Source: Candidatus Bathyarchaeota archaeon
GTDB taxonomy: Archaea > Thermoproteota > Bathyarchaeia > Bathyarchaeales > Bathycorpusculaceae
Direction: 5' to 3'
Length of the DNA: 64,000 nt
NCBI GenBank assembly: GCA_963702095.1
Contig: OY969706.1
Coordinates: 992,001 to 1,056,000 of the forward strand
Positions 49,301-59,070 of this stretch are shown here, piece after piece (positions within the stretch are counted from its first letter, which is position 1; each line of letters opens with the position of its first letter). Below the pieces are notes generated by a model. The model was not told the DNA's origin. It worked only from the letters and a program-made list of their open reading frames with translations, and searched no databases. The position numbers were made by a program, and so were the translations under genes.

Positions 49301-51604
49301 TCAAAACCGTTCAAAGACACCGTCCCAATTCAAGCTCAAGAGCATAGCGGTCAACTAGACGGTGACGAAAGAAAGAAGATTGAAGCAAAATTCCGCTCCC
49401 CAAACGACCCTCTAAACGTTCTTGTTTGCACACCTACCATGGAGCTGGGCATAGACATAGGCGACCTATCGGCAATTTACATGAGAAACGTTCCTCCAAG
49501 CCCAAGCAACTATGCCCAACGAGCAGGACGCGCAGGAAGAAAAAACCAACCCTCAATAATCACGACCTTTTGCGGAAGCGGCATTGCGAGAGGACCACAC
49601 GACCAATACTTCTACCGGTTCCCCGAAAAGATCGTTTCCGGAAAGATAACCTCACCCAGATTCATGCTAGACAACAAACAACTCGTAACAACACACCTAC
49701 ATTCACTTATCTTAGAAACTATGGAGACTAAACTCGAAACAGGCATAGGCAAAATCTTAGACCTAAACGAACCAAACTACCCCATGCTACCCGACTACAA
49801 AAACAGCCTATCAAAAAAAGTAGCAGATGCAAAACAAAAGATAACAGAATCAGCAAAAAGCGCCTTCTCATTAGAAATGACAGTTTATCCCTGGTTTACA
49901 GAAGGATTCGTCAACCAAACCATCGACTCATTTTTGGATCATTTTGAAAGCGCACTGGAATACTGGCGAAAAGAATACGCAACCCTTGACAGAGAACACC
50001 AGGACTTAAGCGCCAAAAACAGAAAAGAAGGCCCTTCAAGCCAGGACAGAAACCGTATTGAAGCCATAGCCCAAAAACTTATGAACATGAGAGACGGCGA
50101 AAAAGACTTCTACATATACCGCTACCTCTCAGCGCAAGGATTCCTGCCAAACTATGGCTTCCCAAGCAGCAATATCACCCTGTCACTGAGCGAATCAGAA
50201 AACGAAATCCAAAGAGACAACGTCATAGCCCTCTCAGAACTTGCCCCAGGGAACACCATCTACTACCAGGGAGCTAAATACCAAGTTGCATATGCCAGAC
50301 CAAAAGTGATGAATCAAAAACCCGTCAGAGAATACCTGCTCATCTGCCCCAACTGCCAAAACGCCCTAAGAGGTGAGATAGCTAAAACCGCTGCGGCATG
50401 TCCAAAATGCCAAAAACCTCTAACCGGCGAGCACCCAAACCCCAACGCCATGCAACTACCCGACATGTACGCAATACGCAGACTAAGAATCACAAGCGAC
50501 GAAGAAGAACGCATGCGACTGGGCTATCAAACATCGACACACTACCAAGCCAGCGACAAAATCAACGAATACGACGTAACCACCCCCAACGACTTATCTT
50601 TAAAGATACTCTATGAGCACAACGGACAAATTATCCACTTAAACAAGGGCACAACCAGAAACCAAGAAGATGGACAAGACGCAGGATTTGTTCTCTGCTC
50701 AGCCTGCAACCGATGGTTATTTGGCGACGACCGAATAGAAGACCACATCAACTCAGATTCAAACTCTCACTGCCCCAAAAACGCCCAAGAAGAAGACATA
50801 ATCAGAGGCATTGAACTCTTCACAGTAGGTACCCACGACGTGGCAACCCTAAAAGTTCCACCACCCAAAAACCTCACACAAGACCAAATACAACCCTACT
50901 ATCTCACACTCCAAGAAGCACTGTTGCAAGGCATGCAAATCGCACTCAACTTAGACGACAGCGAAATCGACGGCTTCATAACCCAGGAGGTTATTGACCC
51001 CTCAAGATATGATATAATTCTCTATGAGACTGCAGGCGGTGGCACAGGCGCCATTAAAGCTCTAACTTCAACACCCGGATTTACAAATATTGTAGGGAAA
51101 GCAAGAGAGCTCCTCCACGAACACGACCCCACTATTGGATGCAACAAAGCATGCTACGAATGCCTACTAAACTACTATAACCAGCGTGACCACGAAAAAC
51201 TCGACAGAAACCTAATCCTACCAACACTAAGACATCTCGAAAACGCAAGAACAACTCACATTCCACCCCCGAACAATGAACAAAAACTTGAGGAACTATC
51301 CAAAGCATGCGACTCAGAACTTGAAAGGACAGTACTCAATAAAATAATTGCTGAAGGTCTTCCACTGCCCGACGAAGCGCAACACATAATATACGACAAA
51401 GACGTGCGCATAGCAAAACCCGACTTCTACTACAAACAACAAAACATCGCACTATTCGTAGACGGCCCCGCGCATGAAGAAGACTATGTAAGAAAAGACG
51501 ACGAGGAGAAACGAAAGAAAATACGCGCTTTAGGTTATAGGGTGTTCGTAATTCATCACTCAAACATAGAACAAGGAATTGACAGCCTAAAACAAGCAGT
51601 GTAG
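46349..51604 (+). CDS. YprA-like DEAD/DEAH helicase with DUF1998-like Zn domain and C-terminal Vsr-like nuclease
   Basis: TGTSSGKS, PMNALAN, DEIH, SAT, MELGIDIG, QRAGRAGR, GGTG..CxxACYECL, PDFYY..FVDGPAH. Confidence 0.88.
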   Translation: MNPFETLSYVQDTYRTYVYTFQKIRSPKIEKWVQDKIAEGTLLWKDPYIQLNRRFEQGDSLQKLVDEGILHRGVLKIFSRKEANGQLTGSPILPYKHQSEAILSILRDNANTLVTTGTSSGKSFCFGIPIVSECLKMRDQGLSGIKAIIVYPMNALANSQYEDFALRLHGSGLKIGLYTGDTKNSPDEARAALKMATGREEPYDSELLSRDEIQANPPDILMTNYVMLELLLTRFEDRKLFPKDQRSLKFLVLDEIHTYSGKKGADVACLIRRLKQRTGTIGKLRCIGTSATVQSEKGERGEELIADFAKTLFSEDFQPAHVIGEHYLKISRPSADPLPSAIHVTNEMLEHFDGTLEKAIALTEALTGNPVADQDKTAEGIGKILSAQQTVQFLEDKLSENSQSLVTILKEYKERHRLSFSEEDVAKELKAALLAGSVGMVEILGSQQPKFVPKIHTFFSQGKTITTCLTKDGPHLNERGESTCPTCAKDQKTRATFPLNFCRACGQEFYGATITEDNTLYPRDIDMVETQGTNAYLQIGTFNEETVPFPAEWYDKEEKQLTAKHEEARPQRAIYCPSCNKIYATCSCKDRLEVTVVPSPFLFCPTCGVYYDKRSREFSKLFTFGSIGRSTGTDVLVSSVVSKLNPDERKLIAFSDSRQDTALQAAHMNNLQKRIHFRQSLYYALKDNGYIEGTDKALDINQTGLKIFKTMENNDVIPDYARARGKYVKTSDADEAYQRYLEYNVVLDLGSSTRKNQRNLEEVGLVQVIYNGLEGLSQDEALWKKINPLATLSPIERQDYLSGILDIFRSKRAISHKDVLNQREFRNEIISKLTEECQFDIGAEAPGTIMGYSDTARKGDKTKYVLRITGPKSRLMIWTQRVLGLSREEAADLLNQIFSILSDKELLPILASVPVKGYRGISLGEVYMLDSQYLQLQALNKTKHKICPKCGLLHHRQTIDICTDVNCGQLEQRDFEKNYFRIAYSKPFKDTVPIQAQEHSGQLDGDERKKIEAKFRSPNDPLNVLVCTPTMELGIDIGDLSAIYMRNVPPSPSNYAQRAGRAGRKNQPSIITTFCGSGIARGPHDQYFYRFPEKIVSGKITSPRFMLDNKQLVTTHLHSLILETMETKLETGIGKILDLNEPNYPMLPDYKNSLSKKVADAKQKITESAKSAFSLEMTVYPWFTEGFVNQTIDSFLDHFESALEYWRKEYATLDREHQDLSAKNRKEGPSSQDRNRIEAIAQKLMNMRDGEKDFYIYRYLSAQGFLPNYGFPSSNITLSLSESENEIQRDNVIALSELAPGNTIYYQGAKYQVAYARPKVMNQKPVREYLLICPNCQNALRGEIAKTAAACPKCQKPLTGEHPNPNAMQLPDMYAIRRLRITSDEEERMRLGYQTSTHYQASDKINEYDVTTPNDLSLKILYEHNGQIIHLNKGTTRNQEDGQDAGFVLCSACNRWLFGDDRIEDHINSDSNSHCPKNAQEEDIIRGIELFTVGTHDVATLKVPPPKNLTQDQIQPYYLTLQEALLQGMQIALNLDDSEIDGFITQEVIDPSRYDIILYETAGGGTGAIKALTSTPGFTNIVGKARELLHEHDPTIGCNKACYECLLNYYNQRDHEKLDRNLILPTLRHLENARTTHIPPPNNEQKLEELSKACDSELERTVLNKIIAEGLPLPDEAQHIIYDKDVRIAKPDFYYKQQNIALFVDGPAHEEDYVRKDDEEKRKKIRALGYRVFVIHHSNIEQGIDSLKQAV

Positions 51605-51652
51605 CATTTCGACGTACAGTACTAAATTATCGCTCAATTGATACTAAAAGCC

Positions 51653-51994
51653 TCATTTTAAAGCATACTCGTATCTAGGCTTCTTTAACGAGCCAATATT
51701 TTTCTTAGCCATTCTTCCTTCAGAAACAAGTTTGCCAATTGCATTTCTTACAACATCGCCATAATTTGGCCCTCTTATTTGAAAGGCATCAATGAAATCG
51801 CGTGTCTCCAAATCCATGCGGCCCATCTTAAAGGCTACCTCTGGAATCCTTGCCAGGAGCACCTCCAAAACGTTCCCTGCTCCAACTATTCTTTTATCGC
51901 CGTCATACATCACTGTCGTTGAAAGTACTTCTCCGGTTCGGGCATCTTTAAGATATTTACGGTCCAAATATGAAGATGACATTACAATCGTCAT
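51653..51994 (-). CDS. small hypothetical protein, possible winged helix
   Basis: VRNAIGKLVSEGRMAKK...PRYEY C-terminus. Confidence 0.45.
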   Translation of the reverse strand: MTIVMSSSYLDRKYLKDARTGEVLSTTVMYDGDKRIVGAGNVLEVLLARIPEVAFKMGRMDLETRDFIDAFQIRGPNYGDVVRNAIGKLVSEGRMAKKNIGSLKKPRYEYALK

Positions 51995-52107
51995 CTTCTA
52001 TTATCCATGTTATCCTAATTACACTTTCCCAACTCAGCGGTGGGACGTTGGAAAGTTTTAAAGACCTAAACAGGAAATAAGAGAACGTCTGAGCGGGGAT
52101 TGCATTA

Positions 52108-55100
52108 ATGACTAAACATATTTCAGTTAGACTTTTGTGGCATGATAGTGGTTGGAATGGTTGCATCTGCAAAAACCCTTCTAAGAACACTTACTGTTAT
52201 GCAGACAAATCGGTTCCTATAGTCAAACTTAAAGAAGACAAGCAAGATCCAACGTATCTGAACTGGGAAAATAAGAATTCAGGTAAATGCTGTACCGAAC
52301 TACAGAATCTTCCACGCTGCACCTGGTCCATAAACGCATTCTCACCTACAGAGGTAGATTTCATTCACATAGCCCAGCCATTCATGAAAATAGGCGATCC
52401 CGGAGTTCGAGACTTCCCCGAAAAAATGCAGCCATATTCGATGGGAACATGGAAATTCGACGATATGTACCCTACAAGATACAAAGGATTTGAAGACGTA
52501 AACATTTACACACCTTTTTATGTTAGTCAAAGAGAAGAGCTTTCCCGCAAATACTACGAACAATTCAAAAATGGCAAATCACTAGTCTTCACTTATTTGA
52601 ACACTGATAACCCACTGAATGACGAAAGAGAAACATATGTCCTTGTCGGAGTTTGTAAACTCAAAGAAGTAGGCCAACCTCAACGGTGGTCTTTTCAAAG
52701 GAAAGAGAGTAACCAATCATGGGGAGACCTCGTATGGAGTAGGAAAATAATTCAAAGTTATTCACCCAAAGACGAAGGTCTAAGGATACCCTACCAAGAA
52801 GTACTAGAATACCAAGAAACACACCCTAAAGTGGGTAACTTAATCAAACCAATCTTATTTGAAATTGATAACGGAAAAGAAATTGTAAGAAAATTCAAGT
52901 ATGTTTCAAGAGACCTCACTGACATAGAAGCATCTTCAATAATACAACAACTTCTCCCAATTGTTCGGATACTCAAAGAATATCAAAAGAAATATGGTAT
53001 TTGCCCTGAGATAGATTGGGAACGGAAAGAACAATGGTTAGGCGAAATTCTAGCAATAACATACAAGGAAAGGAGCAAATATCCTGGACTTGTAGCAATT
53101 CTGGACTGCTTACATTTTGATAATGCCTCTTTTTTCTTTAATGATGTACTCAGACCTAAAGAAGAAAAGGGCGAAGATATTCAAGAATATGTACGAAAAA
53201 TGCTGGAAACAGCCAAAGCTCCTAAACCATATTTAGAAGCAGCCAAAAAAGCCACAAAGTATTGGAAAAACAGTTACACAGATGAAGAAAAAGAATTCAT
53301 GTTAAAGATTCTTTCACTCATAGATTTGAGGGCTAGGGTTACCTTCGAGAGCGAAGAAGGTACAAAGGAAGTTATAAAAAACCAAGTTGAAAAAATAGTG
53401 GATGAAGATCGTGCAGAGATAGCAGGCATCGTATCTTCCTTGGAAGCACTTAAGAAAAACCCTTTCTTGATTTGTGAGGAATACCAAGGTGAAGACCCAG
53501 ATGACTTCATAACCTTTGACAAAGTTGACGCAGCATTCTTTCCCCCTGAAGATTACTGGAAGATCGACCCAAAAATAAAAATGCCCCCCGACGACCCAAG
53601 ACGAGTCCGAGCCAAAATTATTCAAATTCTGAAAAACCGAGAAGCCAACGGCGATTGCTTCCTAAATGTTAAAGAGATTCTCGAGATAATTGAAAGCGAG
53701 GAAGATTTAGCCCAGAAAATCCACATTAATATTCGTGATCTAAAAGCTGAAAAGAAATTTTACGAGGAAAAACTCTACTGGAAACCGGTAGAAGACCAAA
53801 TCTATCTTTATCGTAAAGAAATTCATGAAATGGAAGAATTGATTGAAAATAGCATTCGAAACCTTATCGACGCAAAACAACGACAACTTCCAACCATAAA
53901 TTTTGAAGAACTTTTAAGAAAGCCAGATGACGGGAAATTTCCTAAGGAAAAGCTTGACCAAGTCCGAAAAGAGAAAATTTCAGCTTTACAAAATACTTTC
54001 AAAAACAAATTTTCCGTAATCACAGGGATTGCAGGATCAGGCAAAACGACCCTGATTGAAAAATTAACCCGATTGATCTGTGAAAATGAAAAAGCTGACC
54101 TGAAAAGCGATTTTCTCTTTTTAACCCCAACGGGAAAAGCTGCAATTCGATTATCAGAGGTTGGAAAAAGAGCTTTCACAATCGACTACATACTTAACAA
54201 GTACAACTGGGTAAACCCCAAGTTGGCAAGCGGTTATTCAGAAAATGGCGATCCTCTAAATTTCAAGAACATAGTAATCGACGAAAGCTCAATGGTTGAC
54301 CTTGAAAAACTAGCCGTGCTATTCAAAGCCATAAACTGGAAGAGAATCGAACGCCTAATCATGTGCGGAGATGTAAACCAACTTCCACCGATTGGACTTG
54401 GAAAACCCTTTTTCGACATAATTCAATACTTGAAAAATGACCCTCAATACAAAGACGGAGGCTTCGTCAATTACCTAAATGTCAATTGCAGACAAATCCT
54501 AAGCGACAGTAAAGCCGCTAAACTAGCGGAAGTATTCAAATCATCAGAAGAAGAAGACCCATTTTGGGAGGAAATGATCCTCAAAGTTATCAATGGCTAT
54601 GATGAGGGCGACCTCAAGGTCACCTATTGGGAAGACGAAATGGATCTTCCAGGCCTTATCTACGCAGAAATAGACAAAATAGCTAGACAAGAATTCAAAA
54701 TGCTTCCTGATTGCCAAAAATTAAGGGATTATGAATGCTTCAATCGCTTGGTAGGAGCTCAAAGAGACGAACTAAAAAGAGATTTCAGTTCAGAAATTGT
54801 AAAAGCACATGGCGCAGGTTCCGAAAACAGATATTCAGTCGATTTCTTTCAAATCATAACGCCATACAAGCAAGACTACTTCGGTACGACAGGACTAAAC
54901 TATCAAATCCAGCACAAATACCACGCAGCACTCTGGAGCTTCATACCAAAAGTAAAGCCAGCTCTGTACGGAAGAGTTGACGAGTTCACTCAATTTGACA
55001 AGATAATCCAAATTAAGAATCGCTACCGACAACGGTTCGAATGGGATTTTAGGAATAACCAAAGAGCAGTTACGATAGACTTTTTGGCAAATGGACAACT

Positions 55101-55908
55101 TGGAACTACAAGGGTGCACAAAGATCAGTACGGACACAAATCTCTTCAATTAGAGTACAAAGGCGAAGAAGACAGATTGCTTAAAGCTGATGCGAATTTC
55201 GCCAAATCAAACCTAGAACTTGCATATGTTCTGACCGTCCACAAAGTTCAAGGCAGCCAGTTCAACATAGTATTTTTGATTATCCCTGAAAAAATTGCCC
55301 TAATTAGCAAAGAACTCATTTACACAGCATTAACTCGCCAAATAGACAAATTGGTCTTGCTAATTCAGAAATCCGCTAAATACCATCTGCTTCATGCAAA
55401 GACAAACTCTTCAATTCTGAATCGAAATTCCTCAATATTTTTCCATTACGATGTAAGAACTTCATCACAAGCAATCTGCAGACACCTAATGAATAACCAC
55501 ATACATAGGACCAATAGACTCGACAAAATTGAATTAGTAACATCAAAATCTGAAGCACTAATCGCAAATTTACTGCTCGCGTCTAAAATTCCCTATGAGT
55601 ATGAGCGAGTGCTGGACTGCGCGGATTTCCCAGTAAAACCCGACTTTACCTTTCTTAATGATGAGGGAAAACCATCATTGTATTGGGAACATCTAGGTAT
55701 GAAAGGTGACCCTGAGTATGACGAGAAATGGGAAAGGAAAAGGCAAGGCTACACGAAAAATGGCTACAAAATAATAACAAAAGACGAATTACTGAAAACC
55801 AAAGACTCCAAATGTATTCTAACTACAAAGGAAAATAAGGGTGCAATAGATAGCACTGAAATTCAATCAGTAATTAACGAAATTGGAAAAGTACTTTCTC
55901 AAACCTAA
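52108..55908 (+). CDS. RecD2-like SF1B helicase with C-terminal PD-(D/E)XK-like nuclease
   Basis: GIAGSGKT, DESSM, GDVNQLPPI, TVHKVQGSQF; SKSE..PDFTF..YWEHLG. Confidence 0.88.
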   Translation: MTKHISVRLLWHDSGWNGCICKNPSKNTYCYADKSVPIVKLKEDKQDPTYLNWENKNSGKCCTELQNLPRCTWSINAFSPTEVDFIHIAQPFMKIGDPGVRDFPEKMQPYSMGTWKFDDMYPTRYKGFEDVNIYTPFYVSQREELSRKYYEQFKNGKSLVFTYLNTDNPLNDERETYVLVGVCKLKEVGQPQRWSFQRKESNQSWGDLVWSRKIIQSYSPKDEGLRIPYQEVLEYQETHPKVGNLIKPILFEIDNGKEIVRKFKYVSRDLTDIEASSIIQQLLPIVRILKEYQKKYGICPEIDWERKEQWLGEILAITYKERSKYPGLVAILDCLHFDNASFFFNDVLRPKEEKGEDIQEYVRKMLETAKAPKPYLEAAKKATKYWKNSYTDEEKEFMLKILSLIDLRARVTFESEEGTKEVIKNQVEKIVDEDRAEIAGIVSSLEALKKNPFLICEEYQGEDPDDFITFDKVDAAFFPPEDYWKIDPKIKMPPDDPRRVRAKIIQILKNREANGDCFLNVKEILEIIESEEDLAQKIHINIRDLKAEKKFYEEKLYWKPVEDQIYLYRKEIHEMEELIENSIRNLIDAKQRQLPTINFEELLRKPDDGKFPKEKLDQVRKEKISALQNTFKNKFSVITGIAGSGKTTLIEKLTRLICENEKADLKSDFLFLTPTGKAAIRLSEVGKRAFTIDYILNKYNWVNPKLASGYSENGDPLNFKNIVIDESSMVDLEKLAVLFKAINWKRIERLIMCGDVNQLPPIGLGKPFFDIIQYLKNDPQYKDGGFVNYLNVNCRQILSDSKAAKLAEVFKSSEEEDPFWEEMILKVINGYDEGDLKVTYWEDEMDLPGLIYAEIDKIARQEFKMLPDCQKLRDYECFNRLVGAQRDELKRDFSSEIVKAHGAGSENRYSVDFFQIITPYKQDYFGTTGLNYQIQHKYHAALWSFIPKVKPALYGRVDEFTQFDKIIQIKNRYRQRFEWDFRNNQRAVTIDFLANGQLGTTRVHKDQYGHKSLQLEYKGEEDRLLKADANFAKSNLELAYVLTVHKVQGSQFNIVFLIIPEKIALISKELIYTALTRQIDKLVLLIQKSAKYHLLHAKTNSSILNRNSSIFFHYDVRTSSQAICRHLMNNHIHRTNRLDKIELVTSKSEALIANLLLASKIPYEYERVLDCADFPVKPDFTFLNDEGKPSLYWEHLGMKGDPEYDEKWERKRQGYTKNGYKIITKDELLKTKDSKCILTTKENKGAIDSTEIQSVINEIGKVLSQT

Positions 55909-55924
55909 AAACGGACTTGGAAAA

Positions 55925-58900
55925 ATGAGTGAAGCTATCGAAGGCAAAGCCAGATTTGCAGAAGGACAAAACGTTTTGTACTTAGGCACAAACAAAGTCG
56001 GGACTGTCAACAAGGTAATCAAAGGATCACGAAGCTTTCAATACAAAATAACAATAGATGGAAAAGTTCAAGTCGTCGCCGAACGATTCCTCGAACCTGC
56101 AATAGACACAGAAGAAAACATTATTGAGGATTTCAATTCTGGAAAACTTGGCAATCATGAGGAGTACAGACTATTTCAAACATGGCTGCGCCTTTCAAGA
56201 CCAATCGAAAGCAACCTATACAGTTATCTTGGAAGTAAAACAATTTTCAATCCACACCAATTCAAACCTCTCCTAAGATTTCTGTCACCTAACTCCGAAG
56301 AGAGACTTTTCATCGCAGATGAAGTTGGAGTAGGAAAAACCATCGAAGCCGGCATAATAATAAAGGAGTTAATGGCTCGAAACAGAATAGACTATAGATC
56401 ACCTATCCTAATAGTCTGCCCCGTTTCTTTGGGATCAAAATGGGTCAAGGAAATGAAGGAAAGATTTTCTTATCAATTTCATCTTCACGATGGAAACTCT
56501 TTAAAAAACATGCTAAAAACAACAATAAGAGAGGGAATTCTCCCTCAAGGATACACTTTCTCAATAGCCGGTTTGCAGCTATTGCGGCGAGAAGAATACA
56601 TGACAATGTTAAACGAACTTGATTCAAAAAGAAATACGCCCGTTTTTTCGCTTGTAATAATTGACGAAGCTCATCACCTTCGTAACTCGGAGACAGACAG
56701 CAATGAACTCGGCAACGTTTTGAGCCGTATGACAGAAATGATGCTAATGCTTTCAGCGACTCCACTAAATCTAAAGAACGAGGATCTCTTCAATCAGATG
56801 CACATTTTAAACGAAGCCCAATTTCCCGATCCAACTACATTTGAAACTATGCTTGGTCCAGTCGTGGCACTTAACCAAATAAATCAAATAATAGCAGAAA
56901 ATGAGCCAAATAAAGCTGAAAAAATACTTTCAGTACTTGGACATTTGAGATTAGACCCACTGGGCAGAACAATTCTTTCACACCCAAACGTTAAAGACTT
57001 CACTTGTAGACTGGAAAATCCGGCTCCTTTTTCAACTGAAGAAATAACTTACTTCCAGCGCACTTTCACTTCTTTGAGCCCATTATTTTACTCTTTTACT
57101 CGAACAAGAAAAAGAGAAGCGCTTGATCACCAAATTATTAGAGAAGTTCACGAATTGCCAATTACATTAACTTCAACGGAACAACAATTCTCCGAAAATG
57201 CATTGCAGTTAATTGAACAGTATTACGCTTCATTGGAAAACGAAGATCTTCCAATGGGTTTTATCATGAACATTTATCAAAGAATGGTTAGCAGTTGCAT
57301 TCCAGCTTTGATACAATATCTGAAATGGATGGTTAAAGCCGCTAAAATTCTCGATATAGACGCGAAAAACTTTGAGGAGATTGAAGATGACACTGAAATT
57401 GAAACAGCAGATATTAACATGGCATTTAGTCAAAAAATTTCAAATCTATTAGAGCGAGCAAAAGAAATAGAAAGCGTCGATAGCAAGTATTCACAATTCA
57501 AGTTAATGGTTCAAAAAGTATTAGCAAATCCTGAAACTCCTCAAACAATGGTTTTTTCTTTCTTTGTTAGAACTCTTGAATATTTGAAGAAACGACTCAT
57601 CGAGGACGGCTTCACGGTAGAAGTAATTCATGGCGAAATTCCAATGCAGAGCCAAAATGGAATTCTTGGCAGAGACCAAATAATGACAGCTTTCAAAGAC
57701 GGCAAATATCAAATTTTGCTTTCAAGCGAAGTTGGAGGCGAAGGACTTGACTTTCAATTCTGCCATGCAATTGTCAACTACGATCTACCCTATAACCCAA
57801 TGAGAGTTGAACAACGAATTGGAAGAATAGACCGATTCGGCCAGAAAGCTGACAAAATAATTGTCACCAATCTTTTCATCAAAGGAACAGTTGATGAAGA
57901 AATATACAATCGACTATACAAGCGCATTCGATTAATTGAAGATGGCATAGGCTCTTTGGAGACAATACTTGGGAAAGAGTTGGCTGACCTTCAAACCGCC
58001 ATAATTACAGGGACATTAAGTGATAAACAAAAGGAGGAAATGCAAAGACGCATAGAGGAACGCGTTGCATCAGCAAAATCAGAAGCAGAAGAATTCGAAA
58101 AAAACCGCAAAGAATTACTAAGCGATGATTACCTTTCTGCACCCATTAAACAACTTATCTAAAGGAGACTTCATAAGTCCAAAAGATGCACAAGAACTAA
58201 CCGAGATTTGCCTCTCAAAATGGAAAGGATGCAAATACACTACCGACAGCAAAGGATTACCCCAAATACAAATATCGCCAGAAATCTCAGCAGATCTTAG
58301 AACATTTTCTTCGAGCGCCAGGACGCGAAGGAGGTTATAACGAACTTCATCAATTGATCTCAACTAAAGGTCCAGTCAAAATAATCTTCAATGGGCAAGA
58401 AGCTGAAGAAGAATTCAGATCGAGTCTTTTTATCTCCGACAGGATATTGGTCACGCTTTTTGGTAGAAAAACTCGAACTTGAAAAATCTATTTTCAAAAC
58501 TTTCGGATTTGCCGCATCCGATATTGGTCTTCCAAGTGGGAACTACATAGTTTTCTTTTTTGAGATTAAAATGGAAGGGATTAAAACTGAAATTGAGTTA
58601 TTAGGCATTCCAATAGATATTCGTGAAAATAAAGTTGCAGAAAGCGATTTTAGTGCTTTGCCCAGATTGCTTGCTAATACAAAAGGATCAGACAATTGTG
58701 TTAAAGGAAAAAGTTGACCTTATATCCAATTTGGATTTGGCAATGGCATATCTCGATGACCTACTTGAAGACAAAAGGAAGAAAGTATCAGACGAGAATA
58801 GATACAGAGCTGAAAGCCGAATAGCTGCATTGAGAAAAGGAACCGAAATACGAAATGAACGACTTGAACAACAAATTAAAAATCATATAACTAATAGAAT

Positions 58901-59066
58901 AGATGAAGGAAGAGCTCCAGACGAGAACTATATTCGACTAACCAAATCAAGAATTGAAAAAGAAAACGCAAAACTAACTTACAGTATAATAGATCTTCAA
59001 AAGAGGCAGATGCTAACCTTAGACTATAATTTGCAAGCAATAGCATACGTCAGGGTTTTTGGGTGA
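55925..59066 (+). CDS. SNF2-family helicase; C-terminal part split by about four frameshifts
   Basis: IADEVGVGKT, DEAH, SATP, EGLDFQ, QRIGRIDR; reading continues through ORFs at 58125, 58391 and 58623. Confidence 0.8.
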
Positions 59067-59070
59067 ACAA

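Noticed and set aside
39562-51604. Canonical DISARM, BREX or Druantia call
   Set aside because: No separate DrmB/DrmC, no PglZ/BrxC and no recognisable Dru partner genes
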